DNA of 64,000 nt from Octopus bimaculoides (taxonomy: Eukaryota): the NCBI RefSeq assembly GCF_001194135.2, contig NC_068999.1, positions 32,640,431-32,704,430 of the forward strand, in the 5' to 3' direction. Under the pieces are notes generated by a model that worked only from the letters and a program-made list of their open reading frames with translations, searched no databases and was not told the DNA's origin. This document shows, in pieces, positions 39,612 to 53,020 of the stretch (its first letter is position 1; each line of letters opens with the position of its first letter). A program made the translations under genes and the position numbers.

Positions 39612-40509
39612 ATCGAGTTACCCTATTTTTAAAGCATTGCTTGGCTTTTGTAATTGTTGGTGTCTTCATATGTTGACTTACGGGCTGAAAGTTCAATGAT
39701 TCTTATCACTGATACTACACCTACTTCTGGTATATAATACAAAAACACTTAACTAATGAACTGTGGCTCATTCAGTCCATGGTAAACAGGTATTATAATG
39801 ATGTACAGATCACTGTAGTACACAGTCCACCTAGCTGAAATAGATATCATGGGGAAGTGTGATTTACTGCTGTATTCAGTTATCCTATTTGTACACAAGT
39901 CCCATAACATACACAGCTCACTGCTGTACTCAATCCACATAGCTATACGTAAATCCCATAGTGTTGCACACAGTCCTTCTAACTGCAAAGAAGTACCATG
40001 AGGGGATACAGGCCTCTCATGTGAAGAACAGGGACACTTTGTGATTGGCCAGTGATTCATTAGCTTTTTGTATTGGGGTCACATTCTCTCAAAGGTAAAG
40101 CCTTTGAAGCATCTCTCACCTGCTTTAAATTTTAGAACATTGCAACACTTTTCTGCAAAATAAATAAATAAAACATGCAAATAGGTAAAAAAAATTTGAA
40201 GGGTCCATCAGCTCACTGGAAAATAGAGGCTTAAATGGTCAAGAAAAGCTAAATATACCATGAAAGGATTAGCTTTCACTGTAACTATTTAGCTATTGAT
40301 AGTGTCCATGACTCATGTTGTACAGTAACTGTTATTGGAAATTGCATCTCCAATTAACAAGACTTGGTTTCAAGGAATCTATTTTCAGAATCATTTCCAG
40401 TAACAGAAACCTTTTATACCTATTGGAAATACCTTACTGATTCACTGGAATGGATTGCATTTTTTTTTGTTACCCTTTTTTTTTTATTCATGGAAAGCAT
40501 GTTATTTAT

Positions 40510-40960
40510 TTCATATATATATATGTGTGTGTGTGTGTGTGTATGTATAGATATGTATATATGTGTGTGTACATATATGTAGGTATGTATATATGTGTGT
40601 ATATATATATGTATATATGTGTGTATATATATGTATATATTTATATGTATATATGTATTTATGTATGTGTGTGTATATATGCGTGTGTGTGTGTATAAAC
40701 ATATATATAATAATATATAGGTATGTGTGTGTATATATATGTATATATGTGTTTAGGTATGTATATAGGGGTGTGTGTGTGTGTGTATATATATATGTAT
40801 ATATGTTTGTAGGTATGTATATAGGTGTGTGTGTATATATATGTGTTTGTAGGTATGTATATATGTGTGTGTGTGTGTAGGTATGTATATCTGTATGTAT
40901 ATGTGTGTAGGTATGTATATATGCGTGTGTGTATGTATATATATATATGTATATGTGTGT
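40510..40960. repeat. Compound TA/TG/GGTA microsatellite
   Basis: Directly visible. Confidence 0.95.
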
Positions 40961-42050
40961 ATCATCATTTAACATCCGTTTTCCATGCTGGCATAGGTTG
41001 GCCAGTTTGACTAGGGACTGGCAAGCTACGAAGCCGCACCAGGCTCCAATCTGATCTGGCTGTGTTTCTACAGCTGGATGCCCTTCCTAACGCCAACCAC
41101 TCCAATAGTGTAGTGGGTGCTCTTTACATGTCACTGGCACAAGGGCCATTCAGGCGTCATTAGCATTTGCCACATTCGGATAGTGCCTTTTATGTGCTAT
41201 CGGCACAGGAGCCAGTCGGGGCAGGGAGCTAGCTTCGACCATGTTCGGATGGTACATTTTATGTGCCACTGGCACAGGGAGTAAGTCAGACAGCACTGGC
41301 AATGACCCATGCATGCATGGTGCTTATTGCGTGCCACCAGCACGGGAGCCAGTCAGGTGGCACTGGCATCATTCACAACTACAATTCCATTTGACTGTGA
41401 TTTGATTTGATTTTGATTGACTCAGTAGGTCTCCTCAAGCATGGAATGTCACCCGATGATTCAAAGGTACTTTTTAAATGGGCTGGTTATGCGATGTTGG
41501 TGTAGGCTATGGTTGTGATCTCACTTTATTTGCTGGGTCTTCTCAATCACAGCATATCTCCAGAGGTCTCGGTCTTTCATCATTGCCTCTGTGAGACCCA
41601 ACGTTCGAAGGTCATGCTTCACCACCTCATCCCATGTCTTCCTGGGTCTCCCTCTACCACGGGTTCCTTCTACTGTTAGGGAGTGACACTTCTTCACACA
41701 GCTCTCCTCATCCATACGCAGCACATGACCATACCAACACAGTTGTCTCTCTTGCACACCACATCCGATGCTTCTTATGTCCAACGTTTCTCTCAGGGCA
41801 TTTACACTCTGTCATGTGTGCACACTGACATTACAACATCCAACGGATCATACTAGCTTCATCTCTTTCAAGCCTACACATGTGTTCAGCAGTCATGGCC
41901 CATGTTTCACTGCCATGTAGCATGACAGTTCATACACATGCATCATGCAGTTTTTCACTTTGATCGAGAGGCCCATTGTCACCAGTACAGGTAGGAGCTT
42001 TATGAACTTTGCCCAGGCTATCCTTATTCTACAGACTTGGTCACCTAGGT
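40960..42050 (-). mobile_element. 5'-truncated RTE-clade LINE (ORF C-terminus, 3' UTR and (GAT)n tail)
   Basis: RIRIAWAKF...LERDEASMIRW...LCWYGHVLRMDEESCVKKCHSLTVEGTRGRGRPRKTWDEVVKHDLRTLGLTEAMMKDRDLWRYAV, typical of the RTE C-terminus. Confidence 0.92.
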
Positions 42051-42059
42051 AGCAGAAGC

Positions 42060-42263
42060 TATGTAGGTGTGTGTGTGTGTGTAGGTATGTGTGTGTATAT
42101 ATATATGTAGGTATGTGTGTGTGTATATATATGTAGGTATGTGTGTGTGTATATATATGTAGGTATGTGTGTGTGTATATATGTAGGTATGTATGTGTGT
42201 ATATCTATATGTAGGTATGTATATATGTGTGTGTGTGTGTATATATATATATATGTATGTACA

Positions 42264-42307
<44 letters not shown>

Positions 42308-42517
42308 GGTATGTGTAAATATATATGTAGGTATACGTGTGTAAATATATATGTAGGTGTGCGTCTATATATATATATATGTAGGGGTGTCTATATATGT
42401 GCGTATATATGTGTGTGTGTATGTATTCTTTTGTTTCAGTCACTTGACTGTGGTCATGTGTGTGGGTAGGGGGATGTGTATATTTGTGTGGAGGGTGTGT
42501 GTATGTATGTATGTACG

Positions 42518-42550
<33 letters not shown>
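42060..42550. repeat. Compound microsatellite / GTAGGTAT-TG-TA minisatellite
   Basis: Directly visible. Confidence 0.93.
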
Positions 42551-42551
<1 letters not shown>

Positions 42552-43582
42552 TATATCCCTTTTCAGCTAAATTTTCGATATTGGTGAAAGTCTTGAAATA
42601 TCTAAATTGATTCATACCATTCTCTGTTATTGTGTTTGCAAGAACAATTAACTACAATAAGTTTAGATTTTTGTATTGCTATATTTGTTGTTTTTTTCTT
42701 TTTTCTTTTTTCTTTTACTCCGTCTTACCTGCTGAAACATACCAAATTTACCAAAGGGCTGTCGAGAAGAATAACAACAATTCTTTACCGTTAGGTTTTT
42801 AAAGAATTACGTTTCCAACTGCCTCCATTATTCCCCAGTGTACTTACAGGACAATTCCATTAATGTCGAATGTCTATGTATGAATATATATGTACATGTT
42901 TGTGCGTTTTTTGTTTTGCGATGTATGTGTGTGTTATTCCCCTTCTCCTCTGAAAGAAAGCTGCATAGATTCTGGAATAGGCGTGCAGTAGTGAGTATTG
43001 ACAACAGTTGGTGCATGAGAGGGAGGTGCCTTGTTAAATGGAACACTGCACGAACACTTAAAACATACAATTCCAATGCTCTTGAATATGTTAACAATGT
43101 TTTTATATTTATATTTCTTCTTCATTTAAACTGACATTCTTTTGGAACAGAAGCACCAATTCTTTCTGCTAAACTGTTGCCTGCTTTTCCTCTCTTATCA
43201 TCATCACTCTGCCTCATTCTGGTACCCCAATTTTATCATTATTTTTTTATGCAAACAGGGGTTAGTCTACCATTTTGATGCAACAAATCTTGCCAAATGT
43301 TTTTGTGGTGATTTTGGTTAGGTTTTCTTACATTCACAGTGGACAATGTTGTAATATCATTTCTTATGTAAGCCCAAAACTTGAAGAGAAGAGGAATGTG
43401 TGTGTGTGTTCATGGCTTTCCAAAGAATAATTGCAATGCAAGTGAGAGGAAACAGCTTCAACAGGGTTGCACATTTAGTGCTTGAAAATCTTGACATTTT
43501 CAACTACTCATTAGCATAGGGCTAATTAGCAAGGACAGTGGTTGAAGCATATTACTGGTACTTTATTTCATTGACTCAGGAG

Positions 43583-44046
43583 GCACAGGCATGGCTGTGT
43601 AATTGAGAGGTTTGCTTCCCATCCACACAGTTGATACTTTGTCACAAGGAAGGCATTCAACTGTAGAAAATCTTCCTCAGTTAATTCCATCTGACCCATG
43701 CAAAGCTTACTTCCCAACCACATGGTTCTGGGTTCAGTCCCACTTCGAGGAACCTTGGGTCAGTGTCGTCTACTATAGCCTGAGACCAGTCAAAGTGCTG
43801 TAAGTGGATTTGGTAGACAGAAACTGAAAGAAGCATGTNNNNNNNNNNCCCCCACCACTACTTGGCAACCAGTGCTGGTGTGTTTATGTTCCCATAGCCT
43901 AGCTGTTCAGCAAAAGAGACCAATGAAATAAGTACCAAGCTTTAAAAAAAAAAAAAGGAAACTACTGGAGTCGATTCATTTGACTAAAATTTCTTCAAGG
44001 CAGTGCCCCAGCATGGCCAAAGTTTAATGACCGAAACAGATAAAAG
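43583..44046 (+). mobile_element. SINE family A with an RTE-tail fragment inserted in its head
   Basis: The head is split at about 43625-43705 by GGAAGGCATTCAACTGTAGAAAA...GACCCATGCAAAG; the remainder is colinear with family A. Confidence 0.7.
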
Positions 44047-44340
44047 ATTGATAATGTTAACAATGATGGGAGGTGGGTGTTGGTGGTGGCAACTGTTGTT
44101 GTCTCTAGTAGTATTGGAATATAAGAATGTGTAACAGAGGTCACTGAATAGTGCCTGGTATTTTTTCTCTGATGCTCGACCAATTCTACCATCCACCCCA
44201 CTGATACTCTACCAACACTGTCCTCGTTCATTAATATCAACAATGTGTGGGGAAATTGTGCTTCAGCCATAAAGTTGTCTTTCTTTAAATTCTTGTTTTG
44301 AAAGCAAAGAAATATTCCAATCTTTGTTCATTTGTGGAAT

Positions 44341-44341
<1 letters not shown>

Positions 44342-44407
<66 letters not shown>
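44342..44407. repeat. (CT)n microsatellite
   Basis: Directly visible. Confidence 0.97.
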
Positions 44408-44409
<2 letters not shown>

Positions 44410-46539
44410 GCTATCAATTTCTCATGGCTGTTAAATTTGAAATATATCAAATGATATTTTAGAATTAACTTTCCTTTTCCTAAATTTTTCATTGATTATG
44501 TTTAATATAACATTTATTAAATGTCTTGCTGTGTTTCTTCACAAAATTCTTTTTTGTTCTTTCGAGATAAGGTGTCCCCTCTGGACTGCTTTTCAATCTA
44601 CAATTATAAGGTCAATTATAGTAAATAGAACTTCCGTTGTTATATATAAAGTGTCTTCTGTTTAGCTGTCTTTTATGGTAATGTATCATATTAAGGCAGG
44701 CTTAGACCCAGATCACTGTTCACCAGTTGCCTTGGTCCAGTTCGACATTAGATTCATACTCTGTCTGTTGGTTTGTTTGTATGTGTGTACTGGGGTAGCG
44801 GGGTTGTAGGAGCCTATTCTACATCAGATTCGTCATACATAAAATATCCAGTGGACATCTTCCTCTGCCACAACCGTTTTTTCCCCAGATATTTTATTGA
44901 TGTCTTAGATACCTTAAAATTCTTCATTATCTACCTATATACTCCCTATTGTATTCCATACATAAAACATGTCGGCATTTGCTTCTAGATTGTTTTTAAT
45001 TAGATTTTCTCTTAGATTTCCCCCCTATATGTGTTTGTTCATGTTAGTACCATGCATTATCAGTAGAATGCAAGTTAGTGCTCTCATTCATATTTCATTA
45101 TGGACATTGTTTAGATTTGGCAGAGAAAATTCATTCCATTAATGAAAGATTTCCAAATTGTCTGTAAACTTTAATGTTTTACAATGTTAAAAGCACCACC
45201 ATTATCTCTGTTGTTCTAATCAAGTGAAATTCATAATTGAAATTATATTTAGGTCAAGGATTTTTGTTGTTATTTTTTTTCTTGTCCAGTTTGCTGCAGC
45301 TGCTGAGATGAGGGGGTATAACAAAACTGCGGTGGTGGTGGTAATGAACTTAATACTAAAATTAAGTATTAATTTCAACTATAAATGAATTGCAACATGA
45401 ACTTATAACATTCTTCAACAACAAATGTGCAATGAAGCATGCTTCATTCAGGTAGCCTGAGATACTAGCTTTTGTAAGTAGCTCTGAAGCTGCTTTAGTC
45501 TGATAGCAGTATTCTTATACAGGAAGAATGGTGAAGCCCACTCCGTTAAGCTTGAGTAGGTCTCTTGTTAAGTATGTCTTCTGTAGTCACTGTTTCTCAC
45601 TCTCTGCATTTTTACTAAGATTTTTCAGTCTTTTCTGATCAATATCTCTCATTTTAATAGATTCAGTGTAATGTTTTTGCTGTTTTTCCTTTTGCTTCTT
45701 TCAATCAATTTTCATTCTTTTCTTCTTATTGACATTTCAAAGCTAATGCCTGAGGAGCCTTCAAGGTAGTGAGGAAACCAACAAAACCTATACAAGATCC
45801 TTAAAATTTAGATGAATGATTTGTCACAACTGTTTTAGAAATAAATATTTTAATACTGAAATTTTCTGCTATGAGAAACATTCATTAAAAAGAAGAGGCC
45901 TCAATTAAAATGAAAAGGTTTGACTCCTGAACTAAAATAAAAACAATGTTTAATATATTTTGTTCTGTAAAAGAGCACATTTGAGAATTGTTCTTTTTCT
46001 TTTTTTCTTTCTGGATAAAGAAAGTTAAAAAAGTTTTTTTATTGTTTTTCTATGTTTAACTGAAATTCCACTAATAGCGAACTAAGAAAAAAAAAAAAAG
46101 CCATTAGACTGAAAAGTACTTTCTGTTAGCAGCAGCTATTTGTAAAGAATATTTCTCTTGAATTTTGAGGAAATCCTGTAAAACATTAAGTTTATTATTT
46201 TGGTTAAAAAAAAAATAGAAGCTGATGTCAAGATTAAAGTAAAAAAGAATATTCCCTGTTTAAACTTGTTAAAGATCTAAAAAATGACAGCCAAAGCTGT
46301 AAATTTTGAAATCAATTCTTCCTGGTTCAGTGGAGGAAATATATTTTTCTTATATATTTTTAACAAGACTGCATTGTTACCTTCATTGTTTGAATTATTC
46401 TGAGAAATTTTGTCTACAGAGTATACTACTGTCAAATATATACAGTATATCACTGTATGTGCAGTGTATTACTATAGATAACTTGTAGCTGTCTAATATG
46501 GACCATGTACTACTTCATATATAGAGTACTACTGTTTAT

Positions 46540-46670
46540 ATAGTATATTGTTGTATACAGTGTATTTCTCTGTATTAAGTGCATTGCTGTGTATACAGTG
46601 TTTGGCTGTGTATACAGTGTACGGCTGTGTATACAGTGCACATGCAGTCTGTTGTTGTATACACAGTGTA
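46540..46670. repeat. Minisatellite of GCTGTGTATACAGTGT-type units
   Basis: Directly visible, about 17-bp period, degenerate. Confidence 0.75.
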
Positions 46671-46691
46671 TGACTATATGTAGTATATTGC

Positions 46692-46901
46692 TTTCAAGTT
46701 TTGGCACAAGGTCAGCAATTTTGGGGCAGAGATAGGTCAATTAGATTGACCCCAGTGCTCAACTGGTACTTATTTTATCAACCCTGAAAGGGTGAAGGGC
46801 AAACTAGACCTCAGCAGAATTTGAACTCAGAACAAAGACAGGCAAAATGCTGCTAAGCATTTTGCCTGGCATCCTAATGATTCTCCCAGCTTGCTGCCTT
46901 A
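46692..46901 (-). mobile_element. SINE family B
   Basis: Reverse-complement match to 13607-13820. Confidence 0.85.
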
Positions 46902-47346
46902 CTATATGTAGTATGTTGTCATATAATATATACACTGTAATTCTCTCAAGACATTCTAAGCCATGTAATGTATTGCTGCCTAACTCGGACTGTGCTAAAA
47001 TAAGTATCAAACATTTGGAAGAATTTCTTACAACAGATTCTACTTCCCTCCTGTTGTGAAATTTGATTGTTGTATCATTAATGAAACAAAAAAAACATTA
47101 ATTTGAGAACTGACATTGTAATTAGAGTTCACAGTGCTAAGTGTACTGCTGCTTTAATGGCAGGGAATACTGTGCTTGTTTGTAAATAATGTGGTGATTG
47201 TAGTAGGGGTGGCTGTGGCAGGTAGAAGTACTGAAGTAATCATGATAGAGTTAAATTTATTTTCAAAGCTGCTGTTCCTACTTTTACTACTACTATTATT
47301 ACCCCTATGACAAAAGAAAAAATTATTATTATTATTATCATCGTCA

Positions 47347-47555
47347 TGGCAGCAAGCTGGCAGGATCGTTAGCATGCAGAGTGAAATGCCTCATGACATT
47401 TCTTCTGGCTCTGTTTTGTGTTCAAATCTGCCGAGGTCAACTTTGCCTTTCATCCTTTCAGGGTCAATGAAATAAGTACCAGTTGCACACTGGGATCAAT
47501 GTAATCGACTAACCCCCTTCTCCCAAAAGTGTTCAAGGCCTTGTGCCTAGAGTAG
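47347..47555 (+). mobile_element. SINE family B
   Basis: Head, core and tail are all present. Confidence 0.85.
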
Positions 47556-48224
47556 AAATAATAATAATTATTATTATTAATTCTCTTCTGTTTCCAACCA
47601 TTCTTTATAACATCAGATCAAATGGAAAGTTTTTTCTTAATTTTCTTCTTCTGTAAACCTTTGGAAAACAAATTTCTTTTTATTCTTATATTTTTTTAAG
47701 GTTTTCCTTTTTACTTTGTGCCATTTGCTAATAGAAGATGGAAGAAAACCAGCATTACATTCTTGATTCTTTCAAATATTTCAATATATATTTAGAACAT
47801 AACTGTCTTGGAACACTGCAAAAAATAAAGAATTCCAATTTTGGTAAAATACATGGTTTACATTCCTTCTGCAATTTGTAAAACTTCCTCTGATAGTATA
47901 TGATCCCAAGACCAAATGCATCATTTTAATTTACTTTGATCTGTCCACACAGGTCTACTCGCTTCTGTTCTGTTTTTTACATCAGATTCATTTGGAAATG
48001 GTTTTTCCTTTTAGTGATTCTGTTTCTCTAACTATGATAAACTGTAATTCAATAACAGATGTAACAAAATCTTCATGAATTACTTTTATTACCTGAAAGA
48101 ATATTTTTTTAAAGCATAACAACAATGTACAAGTTTGCATCTCTTGAAAACCCAATGTGTGAGTAATATATAAAATGCTGATCAGTTTATGGTTGCACAA
48201 AAGTACTTGTTTCATTCATCTGTA

Positions 48225-48755
48225 CACATGTAACTGGTACTCCGTCTGTTACAACAATGAGGGTTCCAGATGATCCAATCAACAGAACAACCTGCTCATG
48301 AAATTCATGAGCACTCCACAGACACACATACCCTTAACTCTTTAGCATTCAGATTATTCTATCTAATGTATTACTTATTGGTTCACCATGTTTAGAATTG
48401 CCTTAATTGGTAGCTTTGACATTTCAGTGATGTGATTATTTATTTTTTAGAATGACACTCTAGGATATCTGAGAGGCTAAATCTGACCAGTTTGAACTTA
48501 CAAGAGATAGAAAACTTGTGCCTGATATGGCTGGTTGGAACGCTAGAGAGTTAATATAGTGCTCAGAGCGATTCAATGTGACCCAATGTGACAAGGCTGG
48601 CCTCTTTGAAATATAGCTACTACTCATTTTTACCAGCTGAATGGACTGGAGCAATGTGAAATAAAGTGTCTTGCTCAAGACACCACCAGGTATTGAACCC
48701 ATACCCTATGATAGTGAACTGAATATCCTAACCACTAAGCCACATGCATTCACTA
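48225..48755 (-). mobile_element. tRNA-derived SINE (third family) interrupted by a TTAA MITE
   Basis: tRNA-like head at the right end (reverse complement GTGGCTTAGTGGTTAGG...GGGTTCAAT) and CTTGAGCAAGACAC core; the body continues on both sides of the insertion. Confidence 0.7.
48338..48550. mobile_element. piggyBac-like MITE with TTAA target duplication
   Basis: TTAA|CTCTTTAGCATTC ... GAACGCTAGAGAG|TTAA (11/13 TIR match). Confidence 0.85.
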
Positions 48756-50159
48756 TACACATAGACTTTAACAACTGCAGTTATTGTATCTCCATTTGTT
48801 CATGAAATTTTGACCTTGGTTTCATAGTATTCTATTTCATTTATGAATCAGAAGCAGCTATCCATCATGTGACTTGTTATAAAGCTTTATTTGGCCATCT
48901 TAATTTTCATCTTAATTTCTCGCTTTTCTTTCAACTTCAGATGATGAGGATTTGTGTGTGTATTTATGTATGAGTACTTGTGTGTGTGTGTGTGTGTGTG
49001 TGTATTCACATGTGTGCAGTCCATGAGTGTTCACCCTTCAATCACATGTTTTATGGTCTTAATTCTTCGGTATTGGCTTCATGATTGATTTATTGATTAT
49101 AAAGAGCAGTGAGGGTAAATCAGAAAGCATTCAGATATTAAACCTTCAAATTTAGACTTCTCTGCCAATTATGGAACGATTTCACCAATGTTTTCTCCTC
49201 CTACCCTGAAGAGAGAAATTTGTGCAAAGCTTACATGCAATTCTATCAATGTTTGTCATTGAATTACATCCGAACCGATTGTCTCCCTCCACTCAGTCAC
49301 TGCACCTGCACCTTTAATGGAATCTCCTCAGACACTGATTCCACCCTATCACTTATTGATCTTAACATGAACATACTAAACTCTTTAGTTATCCAACAAG
49401 TATTTGAGATTCTGATCTAATAGAAATGAAAGAATATTTAGTTAGACCAAATGGTTAACCACCCACTCATTCCACTTCTCTTTCCCTTCCTTCCACTTCT
49501 CTTTCCCTTCCTTCCACTTCTCTTCTCCCTCCTTTGCTCTCTTCCAATCTGCAGTCCATTCAGTATATGTGTTACCCCCACCCCACTATCTCCCCCCTTC
49601 TATTTTATAATTATTTGTTGATAAATACTCTCTGATCACCATCAAACTGTTTCTGTTTTCTGGCAAACATTTCTGTATCGTTATCATTACACCTCTAATG
49701 CTTCCACCACCAACACCACTGACACCTCCACACCCTCTTCCACCATGCCACCACCTCCTCCATGTCAGGCAAAATAGCCACTACCTAACCCACTTTGTTC
49801 TGCAGTACCTTCTGATACATGCTGAGTCCAACCATTATGACCTTGCCCATCTCAAGCCAATGTGGAAAGCTGATGATAATGACGATGAACACACATGTAC
49901 ACAGTAACACATACACACATGCACATCCATACATACATTGACTCCATATACAAACGCATACGCAAACCTTATATACTCACATTATATGCAACTGCAGTGC
50001 TTACTTTGTGTATTTAACTGATGATAGTCTGATAATAGAAGAAATTGGTTAGAATTCCTCTATCTTCACATTACTTTGTGTCTATAATTTTGTCGTGCTG
50101 GGTATGCTGAAGGAGGCTTTAAGTGGTGGTTAAGTAACATACTAAGTTTCACCTATAGT

Positions 50160-50176
50160 ATGTGTGTGTATATATG

Positions 50177-50255
<79 letters not shown>
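50160..50255. repeat. (TA)n microsatellite
   Basis: Directly visible. Confidence 0.97.
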
Positions 50256-50258
<3 letters not shown>

Positions 50259-50375
50259 GTACCTAGGCCTATTTGCTAGAACCACTGGCCTAAATACTTA
50301 GAACAGAAAACTACCTAAGGTACTCAAAAAGCAGTATTGTTAGATTGGGTGGTACATGAAGCCTATCACCTAAAC

Positions 50376-50608
50376 TGGTGCTTCTCAACCAGGATCCATA
50401 TAAGATGTTGTTGTTTAAACTTATGTGCAATAAATTGGTTGTACTTCTACAATACATAAAATATTTTAACAATTTTTTATACAGTTCATAGTAATATTTA
50501 ATCATAATAATTTAATAGGGTTTTTTCAACATCAAATGACTATGGAGTCTACCTGAGTCAAATAGGAATCAAAGGGGTCCTTAGAAAAAAGATGGTTGAG
50601 AACTACTG
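50376..50608. mobile_element. hAT-family MITE with an 8-bp target site duplication
   Basis: ACCTAAAC at 50368-75 and 50609-16; ends TGGTGCTTCTCAACC / GGTTGAGAACTACTG, the CAGTGGTTCTCAACC-type hAT termini. Confidence 0.88.
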
Positions 50609-51035
50609 ACCTAAACTAAACACAAGAACCAGTTAGTGGTGGTATTAAACTATGTGCTGTGCAAGATCTAAACACATCTGTGTATGATGGTGTTTAACTG
50701 TGTGCTATATTTGATGTGCCATCTAAGCACATCCATGGACCAGTTAGTAATATTAATGACATGTTCTTTTATCAGAAGTTCATTTTTTTCTTTCTGATTT
50801 TCCTAAATTTGCAATCACAGGATTTTATACTTTGAAATAAATTTTATGTTTGATGGTTTCCTTAAATATTTATTTTTCTTATTACAACAAATTATTCAAC
50901 ATTTATTTATATTTATGTGACAGATTTACTAGCTTTTTCTTTTTAACTTCTCTTTTATCTTCCTTATTAAATGTTTCTTTAATAATTAGGTTTCACTTTA
51001 ATTTGTTTTACACATACACTGATACACACATGCAG

Positions 51036-51072
<37 letters not shown>

Positions 51073-51914
51073 CTTTTGCATGCACATCACATACATGCAT
51101 ACATAAATATGTATTGAATTTTCCGCTCAGAAATTTAAATTAATTAGTGCTAATTTCCATGATAAGTTATTTGATATTCTAGTGCTAACCAATTCTAAAA
51201 GAATTTATTTATTCCATTAGTAGAACTCTTTCAATCAACCATCATTTGACATTATTATCTCTTAAATCATCTCGATTAGTTAGATGGAGAAGGAGAGATC
51301 TATAAGATATATCTTTCTCCAGGTGTTACTAAGTAATTTACCTTCCATATTATATTCAACAGATTGATCATTCATACACTATCCATTTAATTTTATTTAT
51401 TTGTGTGAGTGTGTGTGTGTGCACGTGTGCGTGCACGTGTGCGTGCATGTTTATGTGTATGTGAATAATCGTATGTGTCTATATATGTGTGTGTATATAT
51501 ATACATATATAAAACTAAAAACAAAACAGTGAACAGAAAAGCATTAAAAAAATATGAGCATCTTGAGAGGAAACCACGAGAAGGAAGAAGACTGTGACAA
51601 CTTATGCTATTATCAAACATCTATCTACTTTATCCGTCTTAATAAAGTCAATTTTTTTCTCACATCTTTTATCCATTTATTGTAAAGGAAGTGTATTTAC
51701 TGCTCATTGAAGATGATAATGGTTTTATTTCTGCTACTTACACTATTAATAAAGCTTCATTTTTTTTTATTTTAACTTTTGTTTTTTTTCTTCTTTTTGC
51801 TTTTGACTTGTTAGGTTTTTTTTGTTTTATTTTTCATATTATGCTTCCTTCTAAAGAGCATACTCTTGCCAAGAATATTTTTACAACAACAACAACAACT
51901 AATAATAATAATAA

Positions 51915-52325
51915 TGGTTCCAAATTTTGGTTCAAGGCCAGCAATTTTGTGGGACAGGGTAGGTCGATTACATTGATTTCAGTACTCAACTCGTACTTTT
52001 AATAAACCTGGAAGGATGAAAGACAAAGTCAGCTTAAGTGGTATTTGAACTCAGGATGTAAAGCTAGAATAAATGCCACTAAAACTTTTATCCTATGTGC
52101 TAATGGTTCTGCTATCTCACCACCTTCAAAATAATAATGGTTTCAAATTTTGGCTCAAGGTCAGCAGTTCACTAGATCAATCCCAGTGCTCAACTGGTAC
52201 TTTACTTTATTGATTCTGAAAGGATGAAAGGCAAAGTCAACCCCGGTGGAATTTGAACTCTGAATGTAAGATGAATGAAATACTGCTAAACATTTTGCCT
52301 GGCACAGTAATGATTCTGTCAGCTC
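51915..52325 (-). mobile_element. Two tandem SINE family B copies
   Basis: Two successive tail-to-head reverse-complement matches (about 51915-52125 and 52140-52325). Confidence 0.78.
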
Positions 52326-52350
52326 AACACCCTAAGGCCTGCAATTTTAA

Positions 52351-52560
52351 CCCTTTAGCATTCAGGTTTCCTTGTCAAATGTATTGCTTATTAATTCTCA
52401 TTGTTTTGAATTAACTTATAACTTTGAGATTTTGATGGTGTGTTTGTATATTTTTGGGATGACATTATAGGTTAGGTGTGAGAAGTTGTATTTGGTCAGT
52501 TTAAGCATAAAACAGGTAGAATATTTAGGCTGGGTATGGCTGGATAAAAATGCTAAAAGG
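52351..52560. mobile_element. piggyBac-like MITE (same family as 48338-48550)
   Basis: TTAA|CCCTTTAGCATT ... AATGCTAAAAGG|TTAA. Confidence 0.85.
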
Positions 52561-52589
52561 TTAAGGTAAAGGAGTACGTTATTATTGAC

Positions 52590-53020
52590 CACAGTACCTG
52601 ACTGGTACTTTATTTAATCAGCTCTGAAAAGATGGAAGGCAAAGGTGACCTCAGCTGGATTTGAACTTGGAATGTATGGAGCTGGAACAAATACCAGAAA
52701 GTATTTCTTTTCTGATGCTCTAACAATTCTACCAACCTCCAACCTTTGAAAACCAAAGGTGGGATTTGAAGACTTGGTGGGATTTGAACTTAGAATGTAA
52801 AAAAAAACAAAAAAGAACGGAAGACATTTTTTATTCAGGCACAAGGTTAGCAATTTTGAGGGGAAAGGGGTTAGGTGATGCCATCAACTCCACTTTCTAG
52901 GTTGGAACTTTATTTTATCAACAACTCTGAAAAGATAGAGAGCAAAGTTGACTTAAGTGGTATTCAAGCAAAGACTATAAAGAGCTGAAACAAATATGGC
53001 TAAGCAATTTTTCTGATGCT
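52590..53020 (-). mobile_element. Cluster of SINE family B fragments
   Basis: Repeated GAAAGGCAAAG..GACC...GGATTTGAACT...AATGTA cores. Confidence 0.65.

Noticed and set aside
45431-45448. Perfect 18-bp palindrome AATGAAGCATGCTTCATT
   Set aside because: About one palindrome of this size is expected by chance in 64 kb of AT-rich sequence, and there is no supporting context.
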